Assembly: GCA_965225085.1 (NCBI GenBank) | Contig: CBDDBE010000006.1 | Location: 35,697 to 99,696, forward strand | Length of the DNA stretch: 64,000 nucleotides | Direction of reading: 5' to 3' | From: an uncultured Candidatus Saccharibacteria bacterium | GTDB lineage: Bacteria > Patescibacteriota > Saccharimonadia > Saccharimonadales > EFPC-124 | The notes under the pieces: generated by a model | Told to the model about the DNA's origin: nothing | The model's input: only the letters and a program-made list of their open reading frames with translations | The model's database searches: none | Position numbers and translations under genes: made by a program | Part shown: piece after piece, positions 1 through 8,560 of the stretch | Layout of the letters: each line of letters opens with the position of its first letter | Position numbering within the stretch: position 1 is the stretch's first letter

Positions 1-275
1 CCGGCCAACAATATAGCACTATTGCTATTGACGGTGTTGAGGTTGGGATCGCGAATAGATTTTTGGGATTTAGCCATCAGATTTAGCAGGCTGTTTTCGC
101 GTACGCCCAGCAGAGTTACGTCCTGCTTGCTGTTTCCGTTGACCAGTGTAATCGCCAGAAGTGCGCCGCCAATGACAATCGCGGCGACCAGGCCAAATAT
201 GATTATTTTGTTGAAAGGTGGTGCAGCCTTGCCCGGATGAGCGCTGTAGTATGTGCCGTATTGGAGATTAACCAT
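1..275 (-). CDS. hypothetical membrane-anchored protein, 5' part only (continues past window start)
   Basis: Absent from the ORF track because no stop lies inside the window. The reverse-strand ATG (complement of 273..275) opens a frame that stays open to base 1: MVNLQYGTYYSAHPGKAAPPFNKIIIFGLVAAIVIGGALLAITLVNGNSKQ... It has one clear hydrophobic helix. No family recognised. Confidence 0.4.
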   Translation of the reverse strand, partial: MVNLQYGTYYSAHPGKAAPPFNKIIIFGLVAAIVIGGALLAITLVNGNSKQDVTLLGVRENSLLNLMAKSQKSIRDPNLNTVNSNSAILLA

Positions 276-355
276 GGTTATTGTTATTAAAGCACAAGCA
301 CGCTCGTTCGCGCCAGCCTCACAGGGGCGCACTAGTGTTACAATAGGCGTAGACT

Positions 356-2110
356 ATGGACGCAAAAGAGGACATTCGGGCAAAGCTGAACATCGAGGAC
401 GTTATCGGCGAATACGTTCAGCTTAAACGCGCCGGGCGTAACTTTAAGGGCCTCAGCCCATTCAGCAGCGAGAAGACGCCGAGCTTTATGGTGAGCCCGG
501 ACAAGCATATCTGGCATGACTTTAGCAGCAACAAGGGCGGGGATATTTTTGCGTTTGTTATGGAGGTAGAAGGGCTGGACTTCCGTGGTGCGCTGGAGCT
601 GCTGGCTCGCAAGGCTGGCGTCGACCTCAGCCAGTACCAGACCAAGGGCAGCCAAGGGGTGAGTCAGAAGAAAGACAAGTTGTATCAGATATTGGAATTG
701 GCATCACGGTTTTATCAGCAGTCAATGGTCCAGAGCCAAGTGGCACTGCAATACATCTTCAAGAAGCGCGGCCTGAGCAAAGAAGTTGTGCAGCAGTTTC
801 GCATCGGCTACGCGCCGAATGGCGATGATGCGCTGCTGCGGGCGCTGCTGAAGCGCGGGTATCACGAGCAAGATGTGCGGGATGCTGGACTGAGTGTGCA
901 GCGACGGGGGCGCCCGGGCGATATGTTTCGGGGCCGTATGATGATACCGCTAGCCGATGGGCAGGGGAGGATTGTGGGGTTCACTGCACGGTTGATCGAC
1001 GACCAGCCGAATGCACCCAAATACATCAATACGCCCCAGACGCTGCTGTACGACAAAGGCCGACAGGTTTTTGGCCTACATCTGGCCAAGGAAGCAATTC
1101 GCAAATCTGGCTATGCGGTTATCGTGGAGGGTAATTTGGACGTGGTGGCTAGCCACCAAGCTGGCATTGGGCAGGTCGTGGCGACTGCCGGTACGGCCAT
1201 GACCGAGGACCACTTACGGAGCCTGTCGCGGTTAACCCACGATATTCGCCTGAGCTTTGACCGCGATAAGGCCGGAATTGCCGCGACCGAACGCGCCATT
1301 GGTATTGCTAGTAAATTGGGTTTGCATTTGAACATTGTAAATATTCCGGAGGGCTACAAAGACGCCGACGAGCTGGTTCAGGCTAGTCCACAGCTGTGGC
1401 TGGCTGCCATCGAAAAGCCCCAAGATGCGGTCGAATGGCTGCTCGATGAGTATGCAACCCGATACGACCTCGCGACGGCCGAGGGCAAGCGCCAAGCTTC
1501 GTCACGCGCGCTGGAAATCATATCCCAACTGACCGATCCGGTTGAGCAAGAGCACTATCTGAAGCTACTGGCCGCGCGTACGGACACGTCGCTCCGTGCT
1601 GTTAGCGCCAAATTGGTCACACTTCACGAGCAAGCTCAGCCCAAGCCGCTCAAGCAAAACAAGGCTCGCCCCAATGCTGTCTCGACGCAATTTTTGTACC
1701 AGGACAAGCTGTTGGCTCTGGCTTTGACCCACCCGCAGGTTCGCGATGTGCTGCTCAAGCTTGAGCCGTCCTCATTCGAGGGCACTCAGCGCCAAACAAT
1801 TGCCATGGTCATCGCGCGACTAGGCGACCGCAAGCTTACTGATGATCTGTTAGCTAAGTTGCAATCAGACGAACTTCGTGTCAAAATAAGAGAGTTACAA
1901 TTTTTAGCAGAGCAAGAGTACGACATATACGACGACTCGCTCTATTATGACGCAGCCAAATATTCCAAAAAGGTTCTAATCCACACAAAAACAAAGCAAA
2001 AAGATGCCCTCGCGTACGACATGAGCTCTACCGTCGACCCCGAGCAGCGCATCGCCCTCAATGACAAATACAAGCAGCTTCTACAAGAGATTCAAGATCT
2101 AAAGCATTAA
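356..2110 (+). CDS. dnaG: DNA primase DnaG
   Basis: 584-aa ORF. The N-terminal primase zinc-finger-type segment is built around EKTPSF but lacks the Cys/His ligands (see findings). TOPRIM segment AVIVEGNLDVVASHQAGIGQVVATAGTAMT. Sits directly upstream of rpoD, the classic dnaG-rpoD arrangement. Confidence 0.93.
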   Translation: MDAKEDIRAKLNIEDVIGEYVQLKRAGRNFKGLSPFSSEKTPSFMVSPDKHIWHDFSSNKGGDIFAFVMEVEGLDFRGALELLARKAGVDLSQYQTKGSQGVSQKKDKLYQILELASRFYQQSMVQSQVALQYIFKKRGLSKEVVQQFRIGYAPNGDDALLRALLKRGYHEQDVRDAGLSVQRRGRPGDMFRGRMMIPLADGQGRIVGFTARLIDDQPNAPKYINTPQTLLYDKGRQVFGLHLAKEAIRKSGYAVIVEGNLDVVASHQAGIGQVVATAGTAMTEDHLRSLSRLTHDIRLSFDRDKAGIAATERAIGIASKLGLHLNIVNIPEGYKDADELVQASPQLWLAAIEKPQDAVEWLLDEYATRYDLATAEGKRQASSRALEIISQLTDPVEQEHYLKLLAARTDTSLRAVSAKLVTLHEQAQPKPLKQNKARPNAVSTQFLYQDKLLALALTHPQVRDVLLKLEPSSFEGTQRQTIAMVIARLGDRKLTDDLLAKLQSDELRVKIRELQFLAEQEYDIYDDSLYYDAAKYSKKVLIHTKTKQKDALAYDMSSTVDPEQRIALNDKYKQLLQEIQDLKH

Positions 2111-2119
2111 GGAGATACA

Positions 2120-3166
2120 ATGCCCCGAAAGAAAGCTTCTCAGCTTCCAGATGACAACGTACAGGCAGACGACCAGGTTTTTGATGATGCCACAGCGGAC
2201 GATACAACTCTCGGTGAGGATAGCAGCCTTCCGCACGGCGATGACGCGATCGAGCCAATTGCCGATGACCTCGAGAGCGAGGAAGAGTGGCAGGAAGACG
2301 AAGACGTCACCACGAACCAGTCGTACCTCGATGACATTTCGGACGACTCTGTTCGCCTGTACCTGCGTGAAATCGGCAAGATTCCACTGCTGAACCCCGA
2401 ACAGGAGCTGGCCCTGGCGCATCAAGTCAAAGAAGGCGACAAAGAGGCCAAGGACAAAATGGCCGAGGCAAATATGCGCCTGGTGGTTAGCATTGCTAAG
2501 CGTTATAGCGGTCGCGGTTTGGACTTTCTGGACCTTATACAGGAAGGCAACACTGGCCTGCTGCGTGCTGTCGAGAAGTTCGACCCAGACAAGGGTTTCA
2601 AATTTAGCACCTACGCAACCTGGTGGATTCGCCAAGCGATTACGCGCGCCATTGCCGACCAAGCCCGAACTATCCGTATTCCGGTCCATATGGTCGAGAC
2701 GATCAACAAGCTTTTGCGTACACAGCGTCGTCTGACCCAGGAACTCAATCGCGAGCCGACCAACGAAGAAATCGCCACAGCGATGGAGATGGACGTCGAC
2801 AAGGTTGAATACGTCATGAAGATCAAGCAAGACATCACGAGCCTGGACGCCAATGTGCGTGATGACGATGACGATTCGGTGCTGGCTGACTTTGTAGTGG
2901 ACGACGAGGCGGTAAGCCCTGAAGACGCAGCCACGACTCAACTCCTGAAAGAGCAAGTCAAGGACATGCTGGGTGTATTAACCGACCGCGAGCAGAAGAT
3001 CCTGAAGATGCGCTTCGGCCTCGAGGATGGCAAGAGTCATACGCTGGAGGAAGTCGGGCAAGAATTTAGTGTCACGCGTGAGCGCATTCGACAGATTGAA
3101 GCCAAAGCACTCAGCAAGCTACGCAAGCACAAGGATGCGAAGAAGCTGTACGAATACCTGCAATAA
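2120..3166 (+). CDS. rpoD: primary RNA polymerase sigma factor (sigma-70 family)
   Basis: 348 aa. Acidic N-terminus. Region 2 [40 protein letters not shown]. Region 4.2 [37 protein letters not shown] lies 6 nt upstream of the ATG. Confidence 0.95.
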   Translation: MPRKKASQLPDDNVQADDQVFDDATADDTTLGEDSSLPHGDDAIEPIADDLESEEEWQEDEDVTTNQSYLDDISDDSVRLYLREIGKIPLLNPEQELALAHQVKEGDKEAKDKMAEANMRLVVSIAKRYSGRGLDFLDLIQEGNTGLLRAVEKFDPDKGFKFSTYATWWIRQAITRAIADQARTIRIPVHMVETINKLLRTQRRLTQELNREPTNEEIATAMEMDVDKVEYVMKIKQDITSLDANVRDDDDDSVLADFVVDDEAVSPEDAATTQLLKEQVKDMLGVLTDREQKILKMRFGLEDGKSHTLEEVGQEFSVTRERIRQIEAKALSKLRKHKDAKKLYEYLQ

Positions 3167-3191
3167 TAGTATAGTAAAGCCAGAGGAATTT

Positions 3192-3216
3192 CCCCGAACT
3201 GTGTTCGGGGTTTTTC
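3192..3216 (+). terminator. rho-independent terminator after rpoD
   Basis: CCCCGAAC (3192..3199), loop TGT, GTTCGGGG (3203..3210), followed by TTTTT. Confidence 0.8.
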
Positions 3217-3241
3217 TTTAGTAAACTCAAGGAAAAGTAGT

Positions 3242-3370
3242 ATGAAGTATTGTTCAAAGTGCAACGGCGGTATTATGCCATTTATGATTGTCGAACCAAA
3301 TAATTGTCGTGAGTGCGGCACAGAGCTCATCGACCTCGTGCCCCCTGTTACACTCCCATTGCCACAATAA
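3242..3370 (+). CDS. small zinc-ribbon protein (42 aa), not in ORF track
   Basis: Hand translation: MKYCSKCNGGIMPFMIVEPNNCRECGTELIDLVPPVTLPLPQ*. Two CxxC pairs 17 residues apart, a typical zinc-ribbon spacing. Only a weak purine-rich stretch precedes the ATG. Confidence 0.4.
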   Translation: MKYCSKCNGGIMPFMIVEPNNCRECGTELIDLVPPVTLPLPQ

Positions 3371-3377
3371 AATATTT

Positions 3378-3983
3378 TTAGAAAATCAGGCCAAATTCAG
3401 TCAATTCGCGCGCGACATACTGGCTAAACTCGGCCAAGTCGGCGCTATTATTTTCGAGGAAAATGTCTGCTCGATCCTTGACCGCTGACATATCGAGCGC
3501 ATTGCGATCAGCGTCGGGTGCGGCGTGCATCTCGATTGCTTCTTCGGCCTGGAATTGTTCGAATGTACGATTGTCTTCATCTGCCCGGCCGCGAGCTGCG
3601 GCATTTGCTTGGATGCGTTCGTAGCGAACGCGCGGGTCGGCATCAATCCAGATAACCGTGCCACCCAGTTCGTGTATACGATCTGCCTCGTACGGGTTGC
3701 GTAGCGACGAGAAGACGGCACCTCGGAAATGATCGTTTTGTTCGCCAAAAGCATTCATCGAGCGGTCGATAAGGGTCGCTGGGCCGGCTGCGCGCCGCCA
3801 CTCAGTACTGACCAGGCGAGTGTTTTCACGGGTAATGGGTATGCCGCGTCGCTTGCATTCCTGGCGGAACAGCTCAGTAAATGAGAAGAACCAGAAGTTA
3901 TATTTCTTGGCTAGCAGATGGCCAACCGTATCTTTGCCCGACCCATTGGTGCCGCTGAGGCCTATAAGGATTTTTTGCTGCAT
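3378..3983 (-). CDS. P-loop nucleotide/nucleoside kinase-like protein (dephospho-CoA kinase / dNMP kinase-like)
   Basis: 201 aa. Walker A at the N-terminus (IGLSGTNGSGKDTV). Size and layout match small nucleotide kinases. The exact substrate is not assignable from sequence alone. Confidence 0.7.
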   Translation of the reverse strand: MQQKILIGLSGTNGSGKDTVGHLLAKKYNFWFFSFTELFRQECKRRGIPITRENTRLVSTEWRRAAGPATLIDRSMNAFGEQNDHFRGAVFSSLRNPYEADRIHELGGTVIWIDADPRVRYERIQANAAARGRADEDNRTFEQFQAEEAIEMHAAPDADRNALDMSAVKDRADIFLENNSADLAEFSQYVARELTEFGLIF

Positions 3984-4330
3984 TGTCTAAGTTTAGTATA
4001 CCTTACATTTAGGTTAAATTTGTGTGGGGCGGCCATGTTCAGCCGCCCTGGTGTGCTACTTATTACGTCTGAACCGCGCTCTGAGCCTAGCCGCTATCTC
4101 GCTCAGTGGAACGGGCGGTGGCGGTATGTTGCAGGTGAGATACTCGCACGCATGCGGTGGGTTTGGCCCGGTGCATTTTCCGCATGTGCAGTAACAGAAG
4201 AACATGGTCCCTCATCTCGAAGTGGTCAGGCACGAAAAGCGCGCGGCGAACCACGCACACAATTGGCTATTCTAGCATTTCGGTCTGGAGTGTCAAGGTT
4301 TTTGCCGTTTCAACTGCTATACTTGTGAGT

Positions 4331-6961
4331 ATGAGCGAACGACTTGTTGTTATCGATGGTAAATCGGTGTTTTATCGCGGCTATTATGCCATGCCCAGCC
4401 TCAGTACAAAGGACGGCACGCCAACCGGCGGAGTATACGGATTCGCGGTGATGGCTCTGGAAATTATCAAGCGGCTGAAGCCAAATTATGTGGCCGTGGC
4501 CTGGGACAAACGCCACACCAACATCCGTTCGCGCCTGGCGTTGTACCCGCAGTACAAGGGTAACCGCAAGCCTGCCCCGCCAGACTTTTACGAGCAAGTA
4601 CCGATCTTGCACGATCTGCTCGATTCGCTCGGCTGGCCGATTTACGAAGCCGACGACTACGAAGCTGATGACCTGATGGGCGCATTTGCCAAGCAGGCAG
4701 GCGCGAAGGGGATCGAAAGCTATCTAGTCAGCAGCGACCTCGACCTGCTGCAGCTGGTCAATAACCACACGCATATTTATACGCTCAAAAAAGGCCTGAC
4801 GCATATCGAGGAATTCGACGAAGCTTCATTCAAGGAAAAATACGGTGTCGATGCTCATCAGTGGGTGGATGTGAAGGCTCTGAAGGGTGACAGTAGCGAT
4901 AATATTCCCGGCGTCGCCGGTGTGGGCGAAAAGACCGCCCTGGAGCTGATTAGCACCTATGGCAGTCTGGACGGCGTGTATGCACATCTGGACGACCTGA
5001 AGCCGGCGGTCAAGGCCAAGCTGGAGAAGGATCGTGACATGGCGTACCTCAGTCAAAAGCTTATTACCCTCATGGTCGACGCGCCAACTCAAATTGACCT
5101 CGAGAAGGCCAGGCTGCACGATGGTGCTACGCCGGAGTTTGTGGCCATGCTGCGCAAGCTGGAGTTTCGCAACCTTTTGCGCCAGGTAGAGAGTACCATG
5201 ACCAGTACTCAGCTAGAGCGGGCCGAGAAGAATATCGAGGCTCACGAGATGCCGCCAATTGCCAAAAAGAAGTTTGATACTGCTGATTTCCGGCCTGGCA
5301 AACCGCGGCTGATTGCGCTGAACCCAGAGGGCACGACGCTGTGGGTCAGCCCGAGCCCCGACCATTACAGCGTGCTGCCCTTGCTGGAGAGCGGGAGCAG
5401 TGACGACGCTGCCTTGCCGCTTCTGAAGGACTTGTCGGTTGTGGCCTACGGTGAGGGCGGCATGAGCGATGAAGCTCGTGAGCGGCTAGCATCGGTGATG
5501 AATGGTCCGGTTATTGGGCACGATCTGAAGACGATTTTTCGCTCGCTGTTGGCCGAGGGCGTGGAGTGGGAACAGCCCGTCGAGTACGATACGCGTATTG
5601 GCGCCTTTATTCTCAATTCGCTGGAGCGCTCGCGCGAGCTGGGCGACATCCGTGGCATCACCATCGACATGAATGACCCTGCGCAGGTGGTGTCATCTAT
5701 ATGGGAAGCGTACAAGGACCAAAAGCTCGAGCTCGATCAGGCGCCTGACCTCTGGAAGGTTGCGCGCGACTTGGACTTTCCGATGATCCCGCTGTTGGCC
5801 CGCATCGAGCACCGCGGCATTCGTCTGGATAGTGAGTACTTACGCGACATGAGTGGCAAATTTGCCGAGCGCATCCATGAGTTTGAACAACAAATTTATG
5901 AATTTGCCGGAGCGCCGTTCAACATTAGCTCGCCAGCACAGCTGGCCAACGTGCTATTCGACACGCTGGGCCTGCCAACGGCCGGTATTAAGAAGGGCAA
6001 GACCGGGTATTCGACCGGCGCCAGCGAGCTAGACAAGCTGCGCGCGCTGCACCCCATCATCGATCTCATTACCACGTATCGCGAATATACCAAGTTGCTC
6101 AGCACGTACATCGAGCCGCTGCCGAAGCTGGTCGACGCCCAGGGCAAGCTGCATACCACGTACGCGCTGGACGTTGCGGCGACCGGCCGGCTGAGTTCTA
6201 ACAACCCGAACCTGCAAAATATCCCAACCCGTACCGAGATCGGCAAGGCTATCCGAACCGCATTTGTACCCGCGCCGGGCAATGTGTTCGTCAGTGCCGA
6301 CTATAGCCAGTTCGAGCTGCGCCTTGCTGCGGTGATGGCTGATGATAAGGACTTCCTAGAGAGCTTCAACAAGGACGAAGACATCCATGCCAAAACCGCC
6401 GCGGAAGTGCTGGGCATTCCGCTTGAGCAAGTTACGAAAGAGCAGCGCCGCGACGCCAAGGCCGTGAACTTTGGCATTCTGTACGGCATGAGCCCGCACG
6501 GGTTGAGTGCTGCAACTGGCATGAGTTTTATAGAGGCGAAGGAGTTCATTGCTCGGTACTTCGAACTGCGTGCGCCAATCCGCAAGTACATGGACGACAC
6601 CGCCGAGAAGGCGCTGAAGGACGGATACGTTGCGACCATCTTTGGCCGACGCCGCCCCACGCCCGACCTCAAATCGAGCAACTTTATGGTTCGCGAAGGT
6701 GCCAAGCGCGCCGCCATCAACATGCCCATCCAGGGCACCGAAGCCGACCTGATGAAGCTGGCCATGCTGGCTGTCGAGAAGGCCCTGAACGGCCTGGGCG
6801 AACAACTACTGCAAATCCACGACTCCATCCTGGTGGAATGCCCCGCCGCCAACACCGACAAAGTCGTGAGAGCCCTAAAGGACGCGATGGAGGGCGTGTA
6901 CAAACTGCCCGTCGCGCTGAAGGTAGACGTAGGGGTGGGGGAGAACTGGGGGGAGTTGTAG
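4331..6961 (+). CDS. polA: DNA polymerase I
   Basis: The track ORF starts at 4157, but the conserved 5'-nuclease N-terminus begins at ATG 4331 (MSERLVVIDGKSVFYRGYYA). Polymerase motif A DYSQFELRLAA, motif B RRDAKAVNFGILYGMS, motif C LQIHDSILVE. I could not find the DxE-type 3'-5' exonuclease motifs in the middle domain. Confidence 0.95.
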   Translation: MSERLVVIDGKSVFYRGYYAMPSLSTKDGTPTGGVYGFAVMALEIIKRLKPNYVAVAWDKRHTNIRSRLALYPQYKGNRKPAPPDFYEQVPILHDLLDSLGWPIYEADDYEADDLMGAFAKQAGAKGIESYLVSSDLDLLQLVNNHTHIYTLKKGLTHIEEFDEASFKEKYGVDAHQWVDVKALKGDSSDNIPGVAGVGEKTALELISTYGSLDGVYAHLDDLKPAVKAKLEKDRDMAYLSQKLITLMVDAPTQIDLEKARLHDGATPEFVAMLRKLEFRNLLRQVESTMTSTQLERAEKNIEAHEMPPIAKKKFDTADFRPGKPRLIALNPEGTTLWVSPSPDHYSVLPLLESGSSDDAALPLLKDLSVVAYGEGGMSDEARERLASVMNGPVIGHDLKTIFRSLLAEGVEWEQPVEYDTRIGAFILNSLERSRELGDIRGITIDMNDPAQVVSSIWEAYKDQKLELDQAPDLWKVARDLDFPMIPLLARIEHRGIRLDSEYLRDMSGKFAERIHEFEQQIYEFAGAPFNISSPAQLANVLFDTLGLPTAGIKKGKTGYSTGASELDKLRALHPIIDLITTYREYTKLLSTYIEPLPKLVDAQGKLHTTYALDVAATGRLSSNNPNLQNIPTRTEIGKAIRTAFVPAPGNVFVSADYSQFELRLAAVMADDKDFLESFNKDEDIHAKTAAEVLGIPLEQVTKEQRRDAKAVNFGILYGMSPHGLSAATGMSFIEAKEFIARYFELRAPIRKYMDDTAEKALKDGYVATIFGRRRPTPDLKSSNFMVREGAKRAAINMPIQGTEADLMKLAMLAVEKALNGLGEQLLQIHDSILVECPAANTDKVVRALKDAMEGVYKLPVALKVDVGVGENWGEL

Positions 6962-7423
6962 GTGACTTCAGATGAAAAATTAGAAGCGGCGGCACAACAA
7001 GGGAACGAATTGGAAAGAGCGATATCACTCCAATTAATCAGTGTTGCCACCTTCGTAATTTCAGTTATAGGCGCTTTTGTAGCACTCCCGGTGTCAAAGC
7101 CCCTGAATCTTGCAGGAAAAATATTTTTATTGATTGATGTGATTTGCCTTTTCCTGTCTATAGCCTCTGGTGTAGCTCATGTAATTGTCGAGAGAAGGCT
7201 GTGGCTGATTGCCCATAAGGGTTTATCGGTAAATCGAGGCATCGAGAAGCTTCTTGATAGAAATAAGGATAATATTAAAGACCTGGTCACCATTAAGGCT
7301 GCAATTTTTGAGATTGTCGTCCCTCCAGTAAGAGGCACTATGGCTTTTTTCTACCTGCAGGCTTTTCTAGCTGCTGGGTCGATAGCAATTCTTATAGGCT
7401 TAATTGTTACGATGTTATTTTAG
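6962..7423 (+). CDS. hypothetical membrane protein
   Basis: 153 aa with a GTG start. Two hydrophobic helices, a charged linker, then two more helices. Visibly AT-richer than the neighbouring genes. No family recognised. Confidence 0.55.
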   Translation: MTSDEKLEAAAQQGNELERAISLQLISVATFVISVIGAFVALPVSKPLNLAGKIFLLIDVICLFLSIASGVAHVIVERRLWLIAHKGLSVNRGIEKLLDRNKDNIKDLVTIKAAIFEIVVPPVRGTMAFFYLQAFLAAGSIAILIGLIVTMLF

Positions 7424-7444
7424 GTACAAAGAAGGGAGCACCCC

Positions 7445-7999
7445 ATGAACGAAACAATCTACGCCGAAGGCAAACTGTTCGAGTTGGTCCATCTGACACA
7501 ACCTGACCGCCGGGTGTTCGAGGTGGCGCGGCGGGCACCGGGCGTGCGGGTGATTATGGCTGATCGGGATGCGGGGAAGGTGCTGCTGACCAAAGAATTT
7601 CGCCAAGAGCTGAACGGTTACGACTATCGGCTGCCGGGCGGAAAAGTATTTGATTCGCTGACGGAGTATGCTGACTTCCGCGCGTCTGGTCGCGACATTG
7701 TGGAGGCGGCGGCAGCCAAAGCAAAGGCCGAGGCGGCCGAGGAAGCGGGCATGGCGATCGATGACGTTCGGTTGTTCAAAAAGTCCACCCTTGGCGCGAC
7801 GGTGGAGTGGGATCTGTACATTTTCGAAGCGGTGGGGTGGCGTCAGCACCAGGACGGACAGGCACTCGAGGCTGGCGAGCAAGTTGACGACGTCAGCTGG
7901 TATACGTATGATCAGGTACAGGAAATGATTTTACACGGCGATATGCAGGAGGAACGGATTGCACTGGTCCTGCTGCAGTGGCTGACAAGTCAGAGGTAA
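7445..7999 (+). CDS. Nudix hydrolase with an expanded Nudix box
   Basis: 184 aa. LPGGK...VEAAAAKAKAEAAEEAGM carries the ExxxxxxxxExxEExGU end of the Nudix box, but the Gly-to-Glu spacing is much longer than the canonical Gx5E. Confidence 0.75.
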   Translation: MNETIYAEGKLFELVHLTQPDRRVFEVARRAPGVRVIMADRDAGKVLLTKEFRQELNGYDYRLPGGKVFDSLTEYADFRASGRDIVEAAAAKAKAEAAEEAGMAIDDVRLFKKSTLGATVEWDLYIFEAVGWRQHQDGQALEAGEQVDDVSWYTYDQVQEMILHGDMQEERIALVLLQWLTSQR

Positions 8000-8002
8000 A
8001 CC

Positions 8003-8560
8003 ATGGCTAATGCGCAGAAAAACGTTGAAACATTTGTCGATAAATTAAGCAGCCTTCGTTTTGCGGCCACGATCATCACCGTGTTTTGGGCGTTGGTGCC
8101 GGGCTATCTGACGGTGCTGTACTTCAAGCCAGAGCTGTTCGTGGCACTGGACCCGATCAAGCTGACGATTCTGGCTGGTATGTTTGCGGCGGTGTTTATC
8201 GCGCCTGTTAGCTACCTGCTGATGTGGGATTTTAGCAAAGATGGGCTGGATGAGCAGACGCTCAGAGAGCTCCGCAAGATCAAATCGCAGGTGATCGAAT
8301 CGCCCAAAAAAATACCTCGCGGGGACGATTTAGTGGCTGACATCGAGAACGCCGAACGATTTTCGCGCGAGAATGGTTTTATCGAAGGCATCGTGATTGC
8401 CGCCGGCTATGGGCTTTTCAATAGCTCGCTCCAGATAGCGTATCAATATTTTACACACATGCATTCGCCGCGGTTCTTTCTGGTAATGATGGTGGCAGGC
8501 ACAATTTTGTTCAGCGGACTGGCAATTCTGCGTAATCGCGCCACCCGAATATTTGGATGA
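8003..8560 (+). CDS. hypothetical membrane protein
   Basis: 185 aa. Two N-terminal and two C-terminal hydrophobic helices separated by a charged segment. Its stop overlaps the alr start. Confidence 0.55.
   Translation: MANAQKNVETFVDKLSSLRFAATIITVFWALVPGYLTVLYFKPELFVALDPIKLTILAGMFAAVFIAPVSYLLMWDFSKDGLDEQTLRELRKIKSQVIESPKKIPRGDDLVADIENAERFSRENGFIEGIVIAAGYGLFNSSLQIAYQYFTHMHSPRFFLVMMVAGTILFSGLAILRNRATRIFG

Noticed and set aside
22-240. 72-aa plus-strand ORF at the left edge
   Set aside because: It is antisense to a more convincing minus-strand frame. That frame starts at 275, encodes a clean transmembrane helix, and stays open to the window edge.
2099-2956. 285-aa ORF on the minus strand
   Set aside because: It is entirely antisense to the well-supported rpoD gene. 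Its composition is low-complexity and it has no start signals. This is the typical shadow ORF of a GC-rich coding region. The same reasoning applies to 6301..7050 (antisense to polA), 23810..24709 and 23791..24408 (pnp), 25951..26832 (RNase J), 19194..19979 (the Pro-rich gene), 39124..39780 and 39173..39760 (the DUF2797-like gene), 33524..33931 and 34673..35152 (the GT fusion), and 59035..59619 (uppP).
4157-4330. 5' extension of the polA ORF, and the overlapping ORF 3918..4328
   Set aside because: The extension encodes Cys/Arg/Trp/Ser-rich sequence that does not resemble any PolA N-terminus. The conserved 5'-nuclease domain starts exactly at ATG 4331. The region is treated as non-coding instead (see the finding on 3984..4330).
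3984-4330. Specific assignment of the structured spacer as RNase P RNA, SRP RNA or tmRNA
   Set aside because: I could not find the universal GGAAAGUCC (RNase P CR-I), the GGAAGCAGC helix-8 side of SRP RNA, or a tmRNA tag frame and tRNA-like 3' end on either strand. Only short partial resemblances exist, so no named RNA family is claimed.
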